A DNA stretch of 64,000 bases, from the NCBI GenBank assembly GCA_019058315.1, contig JAHPZH010000002.1:1165910-1229909 (forward strand), in the 5' to 3' direction. This document shows, one piece after another, positions 50,463-61,381 of this stretch (position 1 is the first letter of the stretch; every line of letters begins with the position of its first letter). Source of the DNA: Candidatus Helarchaeota archaeon (GTDB lineage Archaea > Asgardarchaeota > Lokiarchaeia > Helarchaeales > RDOG01). The notes under the pieces were generated by a model. The model ran no database searches, was not told the origin of the DNA, and saw only the letters and a list, made by a program, of their open reading frames with translations. The position numbers and the translations under genes were made by a program.

Positions 50463-51500
50463 TCAACATACTCGAGGTATTGGTTCACCATATGGAACAT
50501 CTATAATTCGATGTCCACCAACTTCAGTTTTTAAAATCACATTTCCTGGTCGTTCTGCTTTTACTTCACCTATTATCGCCGCATTTTTTCCATATTTTGT
50601 GTTTTTAATTGCATTAAGTACTTTCTGTGCGTCTTCCGATGCGACTCCAATAAGGGCCTTTCCTTCACTTGTAATCTCGAAAGGATCCATTCCAAACATT
50701 TCACAAGCTGCGATAACTTCCTTTCTTATCGGTATTTTTTCCTCTTCTAGCCAAATACTCACTCTAGATTTCTTCGCAAATTCATTCATTGCTGCAGCAA
50801 CACCTCCTCTGGTAGGATCTTTCATAGCTGTGATTTTTCCTGCATTTATGGCTGCAGTGATGGTTTCTACTAAGGGTGCAGTATCTGATTTTAATGGAGT
50901 TTCAAATTTCATCCCTTCTCGTTTTGCTAGAATTGCGATACCATGATCGCCAATCGTTCCAGTTACGATTATTTTATTGCCTGGGCGGAGTCCTGAATCT
51001 AAAATTAATTTGTTTTTTTCAATAATACCCAGACCTGTAGTCGAGATTAATATTTGATCCAAATTTCCATGAGGAACTACCTTAACATCTCCAGCTATAA
51101 TCTTAACATTAGCCTCTTTTGCAGTTTCATTCATGGATTCTAAAACTTTTTTTAATTTTGATACTTCAAACCCTTCTTCCATTACTATTGTATCCGTTAT
51201 GGCTAAAGGACGTCCACCCATTACCAATACATCATTAACTGTACCCGAAATTGACAAACGACCTATATCACCACCTGGGTAGAATATTGGAGAAACTGCA
51301 TGAGCATCTGTAGTTAAGATTATTTCATAATCCTTCATTGGAATGGTTCCAGCATCATCTAATTCTTTAAGACCAATTCCATCTGGAACGTTTTTCTCTG
51401 TTATAATACCTGTAATGAATTCTATTAACTCTCCCATCACGGATCCTCCTGCACCGTGAGAAAGAGTAATTCTTTTATCCAATGGCATAGTAAAATTCAC
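50463..51500 (-). CDS. hypE: Carbamoyl dehydratase HypE
   Basis: HGAGG, DPTRGG, C-terminal PRVC. Confidence 0.97.
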   Translation of the reverse strand: MNFTMPLDKRITLSHGAGGSVMGELIEFITGIITEKNVPDGIGLKELDDAGTIPMKDYEIILTTDAHAVSPIFYPGGDIGRLSISGTVNDVLVMGGRPLAITDTIVMEEGFEVSKLKKVLESMNETAKEANVKIIAGDVKVVPHGNLDQILISTTGLGIIEKNKLILDSGLRPGNKIIVTGTIGDHGIAILAKREGMKFETPLKSDTAPLVETITAAINAGKITAMKDPTRGGVAAAMNEFAKKSRVSIWLEEEKIPIRKEVIAACEMFGMDPFEITSEGKALIGVASEDAQKVLNAIKNTKYGKNAAIIGEVKAERPGNVILKTEVGGHRIIDVPYGEPIPRVC

Positions 51501-51545
51501 CTATTAATCTTCAAACCTCTAATCAATACATAAGTCAAATATTAT

Positions 51546-51854
51546 TTATATCAATTGAGAGGATTTTGAAAATACGAGATAAAAAAACCAAATTTGCGTA
51601 ATTGTAAAGAAAATAGCCCCGATTAAATTTAATGTATTTTCTTCTTGAACTTTTGATGGCATAAGTTTAAAGATTGATATATCTCTTGTTTCAGCCAAAA
51701 TATCATCAATTAGAAGAAAGATACCAATACCAAGGTATATAAAGGGCCATATTGGGATATCACGGTCAAATAAAAATAGAGATTCAATAATCAAAATCAC
51801 TCCTATCCAGAAGTGATGCAGAATATATTTTTTAAAGAAATTGATAATTGACAT
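51546..51854 (-). CDS. Small membrane protein
   Basis: 3 TM segments, HHFWIG..LLIDD. Confidence 0.55.
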   Translation of the reverse strand: MSIINFFKKYILHHFWIGVILIIESLFLFDRDIPIWPFIYLGIGIFLLIDDILAETRDISIFKLMPSKVQEENTLNLIGAIFFTITQIWFFYLVFSKSSQLI

Positions 51855-51890
51855 TAAAATTAAATCTATGTAAATTAAAAAAATAAGAAA

Positions 51891-53660
51891 TTAAAGCCAT
51901 TCAGGTTTATCTAGATCAAGTTTCGAAAGTAATCTGTCCGTAGGAATTCCATCTATACTCCAGTTTCGACGCCTATAGTATGCTTCTAACTCCTCATCAA
52001 AATTTTTATTTTTTTCTAAAAATCTAGGCTGAATTGCATCATCTTTTCTTGATAATCCCGCCTCACGAATGCCATATAGTCTTTGGAGTGTAAATATTTT
52101 CTCACCAAGCATCCTAATTTCAATTGCTGAAAAATCCCATCCAGTTATTGCATTTAATATATCAATGATATCAGTAACGGTCATAAATCCTTGTGGCGCA
52201 ACACCAAATTTACATAATATTAAAGAATCGACAATAACGTTCCAATCTTGGTGTGTTTTTATAACATGTGCTTTGCTAGTTGTAATTTCTTGACCAAATT
52301 CTTTTATTGGCATAAATCTCGTAAAATGTGGTTGTCCTTGAAGGTGGTCCGCACCTCTTGAGCTTGTTGCATAAGCAAGATCCATTCCTAATCTCGGATC
52401 ATGTTGTGGAAGTTCTAATCCCTTTACATTCATTGCAAAATCTTTTGCTTTTCCTCCAATTTTTTCTGCTGCCTCTCTAATACCATTTGCTAAAGTGTCT
52501 CCTAATCCTTGCTTTTGAGCTATTTGCTTAAGTAAAGCAATTGCTTTTTTAGAGTCGCCCCATTTGAGTTCTTCAGAAATTAAACCCTCTTGATAGCATT
52601 CCATTGCAAAAGCTATAAGTCCTCCGCTTGAAATTGTATCTATTCCATAATCATTACATAACCAGTTTAACTCAATTAAATCTTCTAGATTTGAATTTAA
52701 TAGCATAGTACCTAGTGCACACATAGTTTCATATTCCGGACCGTGAACTAGTTCATCCCCTTTTCTTATAGTCCTCCCACATCCTATAATGCATCTATGA
52801 CAATAATATTGTTTTTCAAAATATTTTTTCCGCATCTCTTGAGCACTAATTTTTACATGATCTGCCCACCATCTGCTTTGCCAGTTTTGTATTCCTATAT
52901 TCATCATTAAGTGGGCTATCCCAAACATAGCACCAGTACCAAATTTCTTATAATTATCTATTAATATTTGATTGATGAAATCCTTGGATCTATCTGATGT
53001 TCTTTTAGTAAGCTCTTTAAGCTTTTCTGGATCATTTACTTCTGTTTTTTTATCTCCCTTTACCGTGATGATCTTCAGTTTTTTGGAGCCCATAACCGCT
53101 CCCATACCGGTCCGTCCCGCACTTCGTTCATCATTATCTATTATACTTGCAACTTTTACTAGATTTTCGCCAGCAGGTCCGATGGCGACAAATCTCTTGT
53201 CAATGTTCTTTTTTAAATGATAAATACCCTTACCCCAGTAATCTGAAGCATTGAGTAATTCAATATTTTCATTTTCAATTTTTATGTGTGTAGGTTTTTT
53301 CGCAATTCCTGAAATAATAATTCCATCAAAACCTGCTTTTTTTAATTCTGAACCCCAAAAACCGCCACAGCTAGCGAATCCCATTATTCCAGTTGCTGGC
53401 GATTTGGAAATAACTTCATAACGACCACTCATTACGGTATTTCCTGTAAGAGGACCTGTCATAAAAACTATTATGTTATCTGGACCTAAAGCATCACAAT
53501 TTCGAGGAGTTGAATCATATAGAATTTTTGTACCGACCCCTAATCCACCGATATAAGACTTTAAATCCTCTGATAATGCTTCCTGTTTTATTGATTCTTC
53601 GCTTAGGTTAATCCTTATTATTTTTCCTGCATAACCGTCCGACTTGCTCATTTCAATCAC
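51891..53660 (-). CDS. aor: Tungsten-containing aldehyde:ferredoxin oxidoreductase family
   Basis: GRTGMGAVMGSKKLK, CHRCIIGC, EYET, DTISSG, DSLILC. Confidence 0.92.
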   Translation of the reverse strand: MIEMSKSDGYAGKIIRINLSEESIKQEALSEDLKSYIGGLGVGTKILYDSTPRNCDALGPDNIIVFMTGPLTGNTVMSGRYEVISKSPATGIMGFASCGGFWGSELKKAGFDGIIISGIAKKPTHIKIENENIELLNASDYWGKGIYHLKKNIDKRFVAIGPAGENLVKVASIIDNDERSAGRTGMGAVMGSKKLKIITVKGDKKTEVNDPEKLKELTKRTSDRSKDFINQILIDNYKKFGTGAMFGIAHLMMNIGIQNWQSRWWADHVKISAQEMRKKYFEKQYYCHRCIIGCGRTIRKGDELVHGPEYETMCALGTMLLNSNLEDLIELNWLCNDYGIDTISSGGLIAFAMECYQEGLISEELKWGDSKKAIALLKQIAQKQGLGDTLANGIREAAEKIGGKAKDFAMNVKGLELPQHDPRLGMDLAYATSSRGADHLQGQPHFTRFMPIKEFGQEITTSKAHVIKTHQDWNVIVDSLILCKFGVAPQGFMTVTDIIDILNAITGWDFSAIEIRMLGEKIFTLQRLYGIREAGLSRKDDAIQPRFLEKNKNFDEELEAYYRRRNWSIDGIPTDRLLSKLDLDKPEWL

Positions 53661-53666
53661 ATGGAA

Positions 53667-54818
53667 CTAAAAGAGTCCAGATAAATAATCATATAAGAAT
53701 TCCATTATATCGGGAAGCTCATATTTCTTCTTAATTATTCCGTTTTCTATCCAATACTTGATTACTTTAGGTATTTCAAAGAAAGGATTTATTTCTGGAT
53801 ACCAACCATTTGGGAAATAGGTGGTTGATTTTTCCAAGATTCGCCACTGATTTGCGTTTTTCTTTGTAATTTCTTTAGCTTTTTGGTTCGAAAAACGATG
53901 ATGAGTCATCATATAAGAAGGATCCATTGGCATTTCAAATCCGCCCATCTCAATTCCCATTTCCTCCATCATAGTACCCACTGGTTCCATTCCTTCTAAT
54001 GATGGCATATTTTCCATAAGTCTGTCAACTTGTCTCATCATATTCTTTATAAAATCTTTACCTATTGAACGCTTAGGATTATAGAATCTACCATGAGTTT
54101 CTTGAGCGGTTAAATCTGCCAGATCACGCATTGTAACAGGATAATCATCAGATACAATGTATGATTGCCCAAATTCTCCACGTTCCATTAATAATAATGT
54201 TGCAGGCGCAATATCGAGAGGATGGACCAAATTTAATTTAAAAGATCCCTTCTCAACTTGAACAAATAGAATACCCATCGCCGCTATCTCGACAATTTCT
54301 TTGAACATATATCGATTTCTCTCATCATAAATTAAAGCGGGTTCTATAATTATCGATTTATTTGGAAGTTTTTTTAATGTTAAGTCAAATTCTTCTGCTT
54401 TAGTTCTAGTATAAGAATCTTCAAGAACTCGGGGTTTTTCTTCAGTTATTGCAACATCATCTTCCGTTCCACCATGAAGTGCAGCTGTTGCGATAGTAAC
54501 CCAAACCTTGACTTTATCTCCTAATAAATTAATTAGATTTTCAGTTCCTTCTATATGAACTTTCTTATGAAGTTCTGTTGCAGTTATGTCTATAACACCA
54601 GCACAATGAATAACTCCATCAAGATCAATTTCTCCTAATGGTTTAATGGATTCCTTATCTGAAATATCTGCCTTTATGAATTTTTTATCTGGATAATCTG
54701 GCTCACGAATATCTGTATGATATACATCATAACCCCATTCACGTCCAATTTTTACAAGTGCCGCACCAAACGAACCTGCGCTACCAGTTACCAATATAGT
54801 TTTTCCCAATAATATCAT
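53667..54818 (-). CDS. NAD-dependent epimerase/dehydratase (extended SDR)
   Basis: TGSAGSFG, HCAG, YTRTK. Confidence 0.85.
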   Translation of the reverse strand: MILLGKTILVTGSAGSFGAALVKIGREWGYDVYHTDIREPDYPDKKFIKADISDKESIKPLGEIDLDGVIHCAGVIDITATELHKKVHIEGTENLINLLGDKVKVWVTIATAALHGGTEDDVAITEEKPRVLEDSYTRTKAEEFDLTLKKLPNKSIIIEPALIYDERNRYMFKEIVEIAAMGILFVQVEKGSFKLNLVHPLDIAPATLLLMERGEFGQSYIVSDDYPVTMRDLADLTAQETHGRFYNPKRSIGKDFIKNMMRQVDRLMENMPSLEGMEPVGTMMEEMGIEMGGFEMPMDPSYMMTHHRFSNQKAKEITKKNANQWRILEKSTTYFPNGWYPEINPFFEIPKVIKYWIENGIIKKKYELPDIMEFLYDYLSGLF

Positions 54819-55094
54819 CTCACTTTAAATTTCTAAATATTCTATTATTTCTTTAAAATCAAATTAAATTTCATTAGAATTAGTATAAAAACTATTATTA
54901 TATTATATTTTACAAATAAAAATTATTTTATAAATTAAAAATATTTGTGAATCATTTTTCTAACTGTGTGAAGAATAAGTATCTTTTTACAAGAAAATTC
55001 TGATTTTTAATAAAAAAAGGAAAAAATAAATTATTGTGCTTCTTTCTTCTTATATTGACTATGTATGTTGCATTTACCTTTATTATTTCACTTA

Positions 55095-56723
55095 TTACCC
55101 CATGATAATTAATAGCAATATTAATAATAGTATAAAATTCCAATCTATTCCATCATCAGAAGGAACCGTATTATCAAATGTAACCTGTGAAGTAGAATTG
55201 TAAAAATTCGGACAGCCAGCATATGATACTTTGATTGGTATTAATGTATTGGGTAATGATGTTAAGTTATAGCTAATATAAGCCATTCCGTTAATGTCAG
55301 TATTATTGGACCCTAATGGATTCCAAGCTCCTCCGTAATATGCCTCAAATTGCAAAGTAACATTATATAGACTCCAATCATCTTGTTCTTTTATTTCTGC
55401 CATTATAGTCTCATTAGCTGTGGGATTTATTCCAAGAGGCAAGATGGTTATATTCGTAGGCTCCCTACAATTTTGTAGTGTAGGATCTCCAAATAGATTC
55501 GTTCCTTCGGTATAATTTTCCCATTGTTGCATCCAATTATTTCCCATCCACTGCCAATATGTTGGAAAAGGTTCTCTAAAACCTGTCGGATAGTTACTGG
55601 TTTTATAGCCTCTTAAATGCATTTCTCTCCATGCATCACCAATTGAATCTCCGCCCGAAAGATCCAAATAGAAGTCGTGTGTTCCATACCAAAATCCTCC
55701 TTCTCTTGCACATGAAATCGAAACTTGTCCATTTGTATTGCCGAATATGTACCATCCCCCAAGATAATTTAGGTAAGTAAAATTTCCAGCCTTGCAATTG
55801 TAAAGATTGAAAAATTCCGCATTTTTTTGAGTATTATTTATCTCCGACCAAGTAATCGTGAGTAGAGAAGGCTTAATTTGATGTGCATCTGGCCAACTAT
55901 GCACACAACCCCAAAACCATTCATAATCTAAAGTGAGGTTTGCAAGGTAGTTAGGTTTATCAGTTAGCGGAGGGATTATAGTATTGTTAAATAGAGTGCG
56001 ATTTGCAATAGGATATAACTCACCAAGGCAAGCATCAAGTTGAAATGAATAAGGAAATACTGCCCAATCATCATCCATCCATAAAAGTCCTCTTTGAGCT
56101 CCTCTAGAACCCACATTTCTTATTAAATGATTTCTGGCAAAATAATCTATATATAAGTTAACTTCATTTACTAATTTACTTGCATCTATCCTAGAAACCC
56201 AAATTTCGGGTCCCTTATTACTTGCCGTCGTATTTAAAGTATCTGCTGTGTTATTTCCGTCGAGATCTTGGAAATCACCGTCTAGATCCATATAATAATA
56301 ATCCCATGGGAATCTAAACCATTTTGGACCTGGACATAGATATACATGCTCATAGAAAAATGCCGGTACACTTCCAACTAAAATTGCACCTCTAAGTCCG
56401 ATATTTTGATAAGTATTATTGAGAAAATTTCGGACTTGAGAATGATTCCAGGAATTGGGAAATACTTTTAAAGACACGTTGCATTTAAGACCCGTTTTTA
56501 TGTCTTGCATAAATGTTAATAATTCGTTATAAATTGAATTATTTAATGTTGTATTTACTAGAATCATCACAGTATTGTCAGATATACCACCTTGACTCGT
56601 AGTTAAGTCTGAATTATCGTTTGTTTTTGGAATAGAGGAATATAATTGTATACTTTCTATATTCAACAGTGGAAGTAAAGTCATTGAAATCAGTAAGAAC
56701 GAAATGAGATATTTTCTATTCAT
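55095..56723 (-). CDS. Secreted peptidase C25 (gingipain-like) protein
   Basis: Signal peptide, ILVGSVP, DYYYMDLDG, PEIWVSRI, His (CVHS) and Cys (YNCKAG) dyad, LFGDP. Confidence 0.7.
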   Translation of the reverse strand: MNRKYLISFLLISMTLLPLLNIESIQLYSSIPKTNDNSDLTTSQGGISDNTVMILVNTTLNNSIYNELLTFMQDIKTGLKCNVSLKVFPNSWNHSQVRNFLNNTYQNIGLRGAILVGSVPAFFYEHVYLCPGPKWFRFPWDYYYMDLDGDFQDLDGNNTADTLNTTASNKGPEIWVSRIDASKLVNEVNLYIDYFARNHLIRNVGSRGAQRGLLWMDDDWAVFPYSFQLDACLGELYPIANRTLFNNTIIPPLTDKPNYLANLTLDYEWFWGCVHSWPDAHQIKPSLLTITWSEINNTQKNAEFFNLYNCKAGNFTYLNYLGGWYIFGNTNGQVSISCAREGGFWYGTHDFYLDLSGGDSIGDAWREMHLRGYKTSNYPTGFREPFPTYWQWMGNNWMQQWENYTEGTNLFGDPTLQNCREPTNITILPLGINPTANETIMAEIKEQDDWSLYNVTLQFEAYYGGAWNPLGSNNTDINGMAYISYNLTSLPNTLIPIKVSYAGCPNFYNSTSQVTFDNTVPSDDGIDWNFILLLILLLIIMG

Positions 56724-56905
56724 AGATTTGTCTCCAAACTATTTAGAATACAATATATAATCGGTAGCTATATTAATGTTTCAATAGTTAAAAAATCTTC
56801 AAAGAAATAAAGTCTTAGAGAAAAATATAATGCCTTTTTAAAAATAGAAACAAAATATAATTGCAGAAAAACTAATTAAAATAAATTTGGCTAAAAATAA
56901 GATAA

Positions 56906-58048
56906 TTATCTTGTTATTATTAGGTTATCTAATTCTTCTAACATTTTTTTTATTTTAGGTTTTTCAAAATGTTTTCTGGCTGGCTCTAGAAGTGCGATTA
57001 ATTTATTTACGACTGCATTTTTTAAATCCATAGGATGTAATTGTTTCTCTAGAAACGCTTTTTCCAATTCGTCATAAGAATAATAAGTTATATCTCCACC
57101 AAATTTTTCAGGTCTTTCAATTAAAAGTTCTGATTTTTTCTCTCTGAAAATCAAGCGTTTAACCCAATCTAAAATTGGATTAAATTCTATTTCACCTTCT
57201 GGACAAAATGCGTTTTTGATTTTCCTTTTTATTTCTTTTGGTGAATCGTGTATAAATATACATGTATCGGGTTTAGATTTGCTCATTTTTAAAGAAGACC
57301 ATAATTCTTGTACCTGATCTTTGGGTATAGGCCAGATAGGTGGTTTTCCAAGACCAAGTATTAAAGGATGATGAACCGCTATAGGTTTTATTTTATTACC
57401 TTCCTCATCCATAAGTGGTTTTAATTTTAATTTTAAGGCTACCTCTCTAGCAATAACTTGTGCTTTTCTTTGGTCCGAACCAGCGTGAGGTAAAGAAACT
57501 CCTTGAATAAAAATGTCGGCTACTTGCATGGGTGGATAAAGTAATTTGGCGAAATCTAAAGAACCTCCTTCCTTTCTACCCATGATTGTAATAGATCTTT
57601 TAATCCTTGCAAGGGTTGTATTTTTACTAATTTCAATCATAGTTGCCCAAAAATCATCATTATTATGATATAATTCGGATCCTAATACAAATTTTAATTT
57701 ATCAGGATTTCCGCCTAAACATTCTAAGCTGGCTTTCATTCCCTCTTTAAAATAACCAACCCCGACTCTCTTTATTGTTTCCATATCTCCTCCAAGTTTA
57801 TCATTAATCCAACTATGCCAGTCTGCAAGAAAAATAGATACATCTACACCTGCATCCATAAAATCTTTAATTTTGTTCATACACATTATTCCAGTCCCTA
57901 AATGTATTTTTCCAGAGATTTCAAAGCCAATATAATGTTTAAAATGATGACCGGCATCTAAGAGAATTTTTAAATCTTTTTCAGTCAAAACTTCTTCAGT
58001 ATTCCTCGTAATTAGATCAAATTTTTTTTGCACATCCAATTTTATCAT
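56906..58048 (-). CDS. tyrS: Tyrosine--tRNA ligase (archaeal type)
   Basis: YIGFEISGKIHLG, YPPMQVAD, DQRKA, KMSKS. Confidence 0.96.
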   Translation of the reverse strand: MIKLDVQKKFDLITRNTEEVLTEKDLKILLDAGHHFKHYIGFEISGKIHLGTGIMCMNKIKDFMDAGVDVSIFLADWHSWINDKLGGDMETIKRVGVGYFKEGMKASLECLGGNPDKLKFVLGSELYHNNDDFWATMIEISKNTTLARIKRSITIMGRKEGGSLDFAKLLYPPMQVADIFIQGVSLPHAGSDQRKAQVIAREVALKLKLKPLMDEEGNKIKPIAVHHPLILGLGKPPIWPIPKDQVQELWSSLKMSKSKPDTCIFIHDSPKEIKRKIKNAFCPEGEIEFNPILDWVKRLIFREKKSELLIERPEKFGGDITYYSYDELEKAFLEKQLHPMDLKNAVVNKLIALLEPARKHFEKPKIKKMLEELDNLIITR

Positions 58049-58133
58049 CCCTTATAGCTTTATGAAATACAAAATTTATTCCTAGTATTATATTTCCAAT
58101 TTTCTAGGATATAATATAAGTATTTATAGAAGA

Positions 58134-58319
58134 TTAAATAATTGTATAAAAATCTGGCTTATCATGAGATATTTCCCATTCATATCCACAATATGCACAT
58201 TGAATTCTTCTTTTTTGTTGATTTTGCTCTAAGATTATTAAATTAGGTGGAGTTAAATATTTTGCACAATTAGGACATTGAACTGGTCCTCTTTCAATTG
58301 GAAAAATTACTCGTGCCAT
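58134..58319 (-). CDS. Small zinc-ribbon protein
   Basis: CPNC...CAYCGYEW. GTGA SD-like upstream. Confidence 0.7.
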   Translation of the reverse strand: MARVIFPIERGPVQCPNCAKYLTPPNLIILEQNQQKRRIQCAYCGYEWEISHDKPDFYTII

Positions 58320-58373
58320 AATATCACTTAAAAAAATAATAGTTAAAAGTTTTGGAAAAATTAAAAATAGATA

Positions 58374-58964
58374 TTATTCTTCTATCTTTTCTTTTATTTC
58401 ATATCGTTTTCTGTTTGTAAAAACTTGCATAATATCCCGATAGGATTGAACAGTTTTTTCTCTTAAATCCTTTGTTCTATCAACAAGATTATAGAAAACG
58501 AGTTCAGGTCGTCTTATATATTTTATAAAACTATTAAGTGGATCGAATGAAATCTCACTTTTCTTAGTTTCTGGGGTTACTAAACCATATTGGTTTCCAA
58601 TAATCTCATCTATTGGAAAATCATCAAAGTCAGAAATTTTCCCTGAAAAATATTTCAACTGTGTTTTATATTTTTCAATAAATTGTTCTCCAATAATTTT
58701 AAGAACATTTCGTGTTAATTCGCTGTCATCAGTTTTTGGGGTTATTCCTACCACAATAATTGGTGGGATTTTATAAAAAATAATCTTTGATTCATTAAGA
58801 ATTATTTCCTGGATTGATTCATTTTTAGTTTCTTGACTTAAATCTTCCATAGCTTTTAAAAAACCAACAAATATAATATCCTCTTTGACGGGGATTGAAG
58901 TATATTTCCTAATGAATAAGCTAATTCCCGAATCGTTATTAATAATGTGTATGCTCTCTAACAT
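58374..58964 (-). CDS. Longin-like domain protein
   Basis: IHIINNDSGISLF..GFLKAM..IGEQFIEKY. Confidence 0.7.
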   Translation of the reverse strand: MLESIHIINNDSGISLFIRKYTSIPVKEDIIFVGFLKAMEDLSQETKNESIQEIILNESKIIFYKIPPIIVVGITPKTDDSELTRNVLKIIGEQFIEKYKTQLKYFSGKISDFDDFPIDEIIGNQYGLVTPETKKSEISFDPLNSFIKYIRRPELVFYNLVDRTKDLREKTVQSYRDIMQVFTNRKRYEIKEKIEE

Positions 58965-59332
58965 GTTGTACCAAAACTTTAGAATTACTTTTTTATATTT
59001 TTATTTTCAAGATTTTTTGTTTTCTGTTAAAAATCTAGATTAATTTTTATAAAAAAAAGAAAAAGTTTATTACTTAAATATATTCTTATCGGTAAAACAG
59101 TTAATTCAAATAAGAAATCCACTATAAATTCATTTTTCTTTTGAGAATTTCATAAAAATATTTTTATTTTTCTCCATTTTTTTAGCGATACTTAAAATAT
59201 ACTGATAAAAATCAGAAGAAATTTTATACTCAATTGAAATTTACTTAATTTTTTCCGACATTTTTAAATAATTCAAAACATCTAATAATTATTTAATAAC
59301 AATTCTTGAAATAAATTTGAAAGTGCTCTCCT

Positions 59333-60088
59333 TTGTATTACGATATTTACATCTTAGAAAGTAAAGGCACTTGCGTTTATCACCAACAATTCTCCGAATT
59401 AAAAGACCGGAGGGTAGGTCCGGATTTAATTTCGGGATTTTTTTCTGCTATGTGCTTATTCTCAAAGGAATTAATTAATAAAAAGCCTGAAATAATGGAA
59501 ATTGAAGATGTAAGATTAGTTTTTAATGAATATAAAGATCATATTTTTGTAGCAATTATTGATGAAAATGAAAGCATCGCCCAAGTTCAAGAACTCCTTA
59601 GTAAAATAAGTCAAAAATTTTTTCAAAATTATGGTACTTACTTAGAAAAGTGGGATAGAGACGTTGAACTTTTTAGAGGTTTTGAAAAACAAGTTGAATT
59701 GATTATAATTAAAGCAGACATTGACAGGATAATGCTAATTGAAAAATTAGAGAATTTATTAGACTTAAAAGATGAAAAAATTGACGGAATATTAATCCTA
59801 ACGTCTAGAGGCGATGCAATGCTTTCAAGTATTACAAATGAAAAAATTAAACAATATATAGTAAAACTTATAGAAAATAATTGGAGATCGGGAATTCTTT
59901 CTGGCCAAATGATTATTAGAATGAATGATCAATATGTTCTTATTGAACAACTCTCTGATTTCCTTATGGGTGCTATATTGATGCAAAATCATATTTCGAT
60001 TGATCGTTCTAGAGAAATTTGTAAAGTATTATTTATAAATTTAAAAGAACAAGTAAAGAAAAAAATTGAGAGCGTATCTGAAATTTAA
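59333..60088 (+). CDS. Longin + roadblock/profilin-like two-domain protein
   Basis: N-domain PDLISGFFSAM..KFFQNY; C-domain IDGILILTSRGDAMLS. Confidence 0.65.
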   Translation: MYYDIYILESKGTCVYHQQFSELKDRRVGPDLISGFFSAMCLFSKELINKKPEIMEIEDVRLVFNEYKDHIFVAIIDENESIAQVQELLSKISQKFFQNYGTYLEKWDRDVELFRGFEKQVELIIIKADIDRIMLIEKLENLLDLKDEKIDGILILTSRGDAMLSSITNEKIKQYIVKLIENNWRSGILSGQMIIRMNDQYVLIEQLSDFLMGAILMQNHISIDRSREICKVLFINLKEQVKKKIESVSEI

Positions 60089-60118
60089 TTTTGAAGTTTA
60101 TTTTAATTAATTTTGATT

Positions 60119-61243
60119 TTACAATTTTTTAATTACTTTTTTTCCTTTTTCTAACTCAATCACACCAGAATTTCTTATAATTTTTGCGTTTTCTCGTCTT
60201 TCCTCTTCAGTTTCCCAACAAACTAATTGACAAAAACCACAAGTTACTCGAAATTCTTCAGCAGGTTTTACTTCCTTAGAAAAACCCAATTGTGTATCTG
60301 TGGCAAGTCGCAGGACATTTTGAGCTTTTTCTCCTCCTGCTAATATATAGTTGACAAATGTTTGCTGCACTATCTTTTCGGCCTCTTTATCATCGTCAGG
60401 GATTTCAATCCTCCATGGAGACCATGTCGACCAACTCTTAAACTTAGATTGACCCGTAAATGCACCACAAGAAAGAATACATTTAGCTAAAGTATGTTTT
60501 TTACCAATAGTTTCTTCAATATCCCCAATTTTTACAGTTTGGGTTTCACTACTATCAAAAAATTGCGCTTGACATGCCGAAACACAGACCTTACATTTAC
60601 TACATGGATTAGTCTCTAAATAAGGATCAGGCTTTAACTTGGCATTTGTAACAACAGATCCGAGATATATTCTGGCTCCGTATTTTGGTGTCATTAAGTT
60701 TCCACTCCATCCCAACCTACCAAGACCACATGCAACACCTACATATCGATGAGATATTTTAGGAGTCAAATCCAAATTAAAAACTTTCATACCACCCCGC
60801 TTCATGGCTTGAATCATAGGATTTTCTGGTTCATTTTGTGCTAATTTAATCAATTGCTCTAATTGTTTGATTTGTTTCTTACCCCTTCTTTTAATCTTGC
60901 GATAATCCATATTAACTTCACAATTAACTGCTTCGTAACCTTTTGACTCCAAAAAATCCTTTATAGCATTTCCAATGTCTTCAATTTTATGGTATGTCTC
61001 TCCTTCAGTCAGACTCATCGCTTTTTGTGCTGAAAAGTCAGTTTTTTGTAAAAAATTACGAATTATTTTCTTATCTATTGGAACAATAAATCCGATTACT
61101 GATTCAGCATTCGGTAGTATATATGTAGGGTCAGAACAGTCTATTAACCTTTCTTTCGAAGTTATACCAACTGCTGCAGCTCCAGCTTTTTTTGCTACTT
61201 CTTTTATTTCATCTTCTAAACTTGTCTGTTTAAGTTCAGTCAA
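60119..61243 (-). CDS. Epoxyqueuosine reductase/reductive-dehalogenase-like cobalamin Fe-S protein
   Basis: GAAAVGI, SHR..VACGLGRLGWSGNLMTPKYG, CSKCKVCVSAC, CGFCQLVC. Confidence 0.8.
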   Translation of the reverse strand: MTELKQTSLEDEIKEVAKKAGAAAVGITSKERLIDCSDPTYILPNAESVIGFIVPIDKKIIRNFLQKTDFSAQKAMSLTEGETYHKIEDIGNAIKDFLESKGYEAVNCEVNMDYRKIKRRGKKQIKQLEQLIKLAQNEPENPMIQAMKRGGMKVFNLDLTPKISHRYVGVACGLGRLGWSGNLMTPKYGARIYLGSVVTNAKLKPDPYLETNPCSKCKVCVSACQAQFFDSSETQTVKIGDIEETIGKKHTLAKCILSCGAFTGQSKFKSWSTWSPWRIEIPDDDKEAEKIVQQTFVNYILAGGEKAQNVLRLATDTQLGFSKEVKPAEEFRVTCGFCQLVCWETEEERRENAKIIRNSGVIELEKGKKVIKKL

Positions 61244-61381
61244 ATTAAATCTCCTACTATTAAATTTTTAAGGAAAAATGAGTCTTAATGGTAAAATTGA
61301 TTTTAAATATAATAATATTTCATAGGAATTCTAATAAGTAAAAAGAAATTAGAAAAATAAAAAAAAAGGAAGGGGTTAAGT

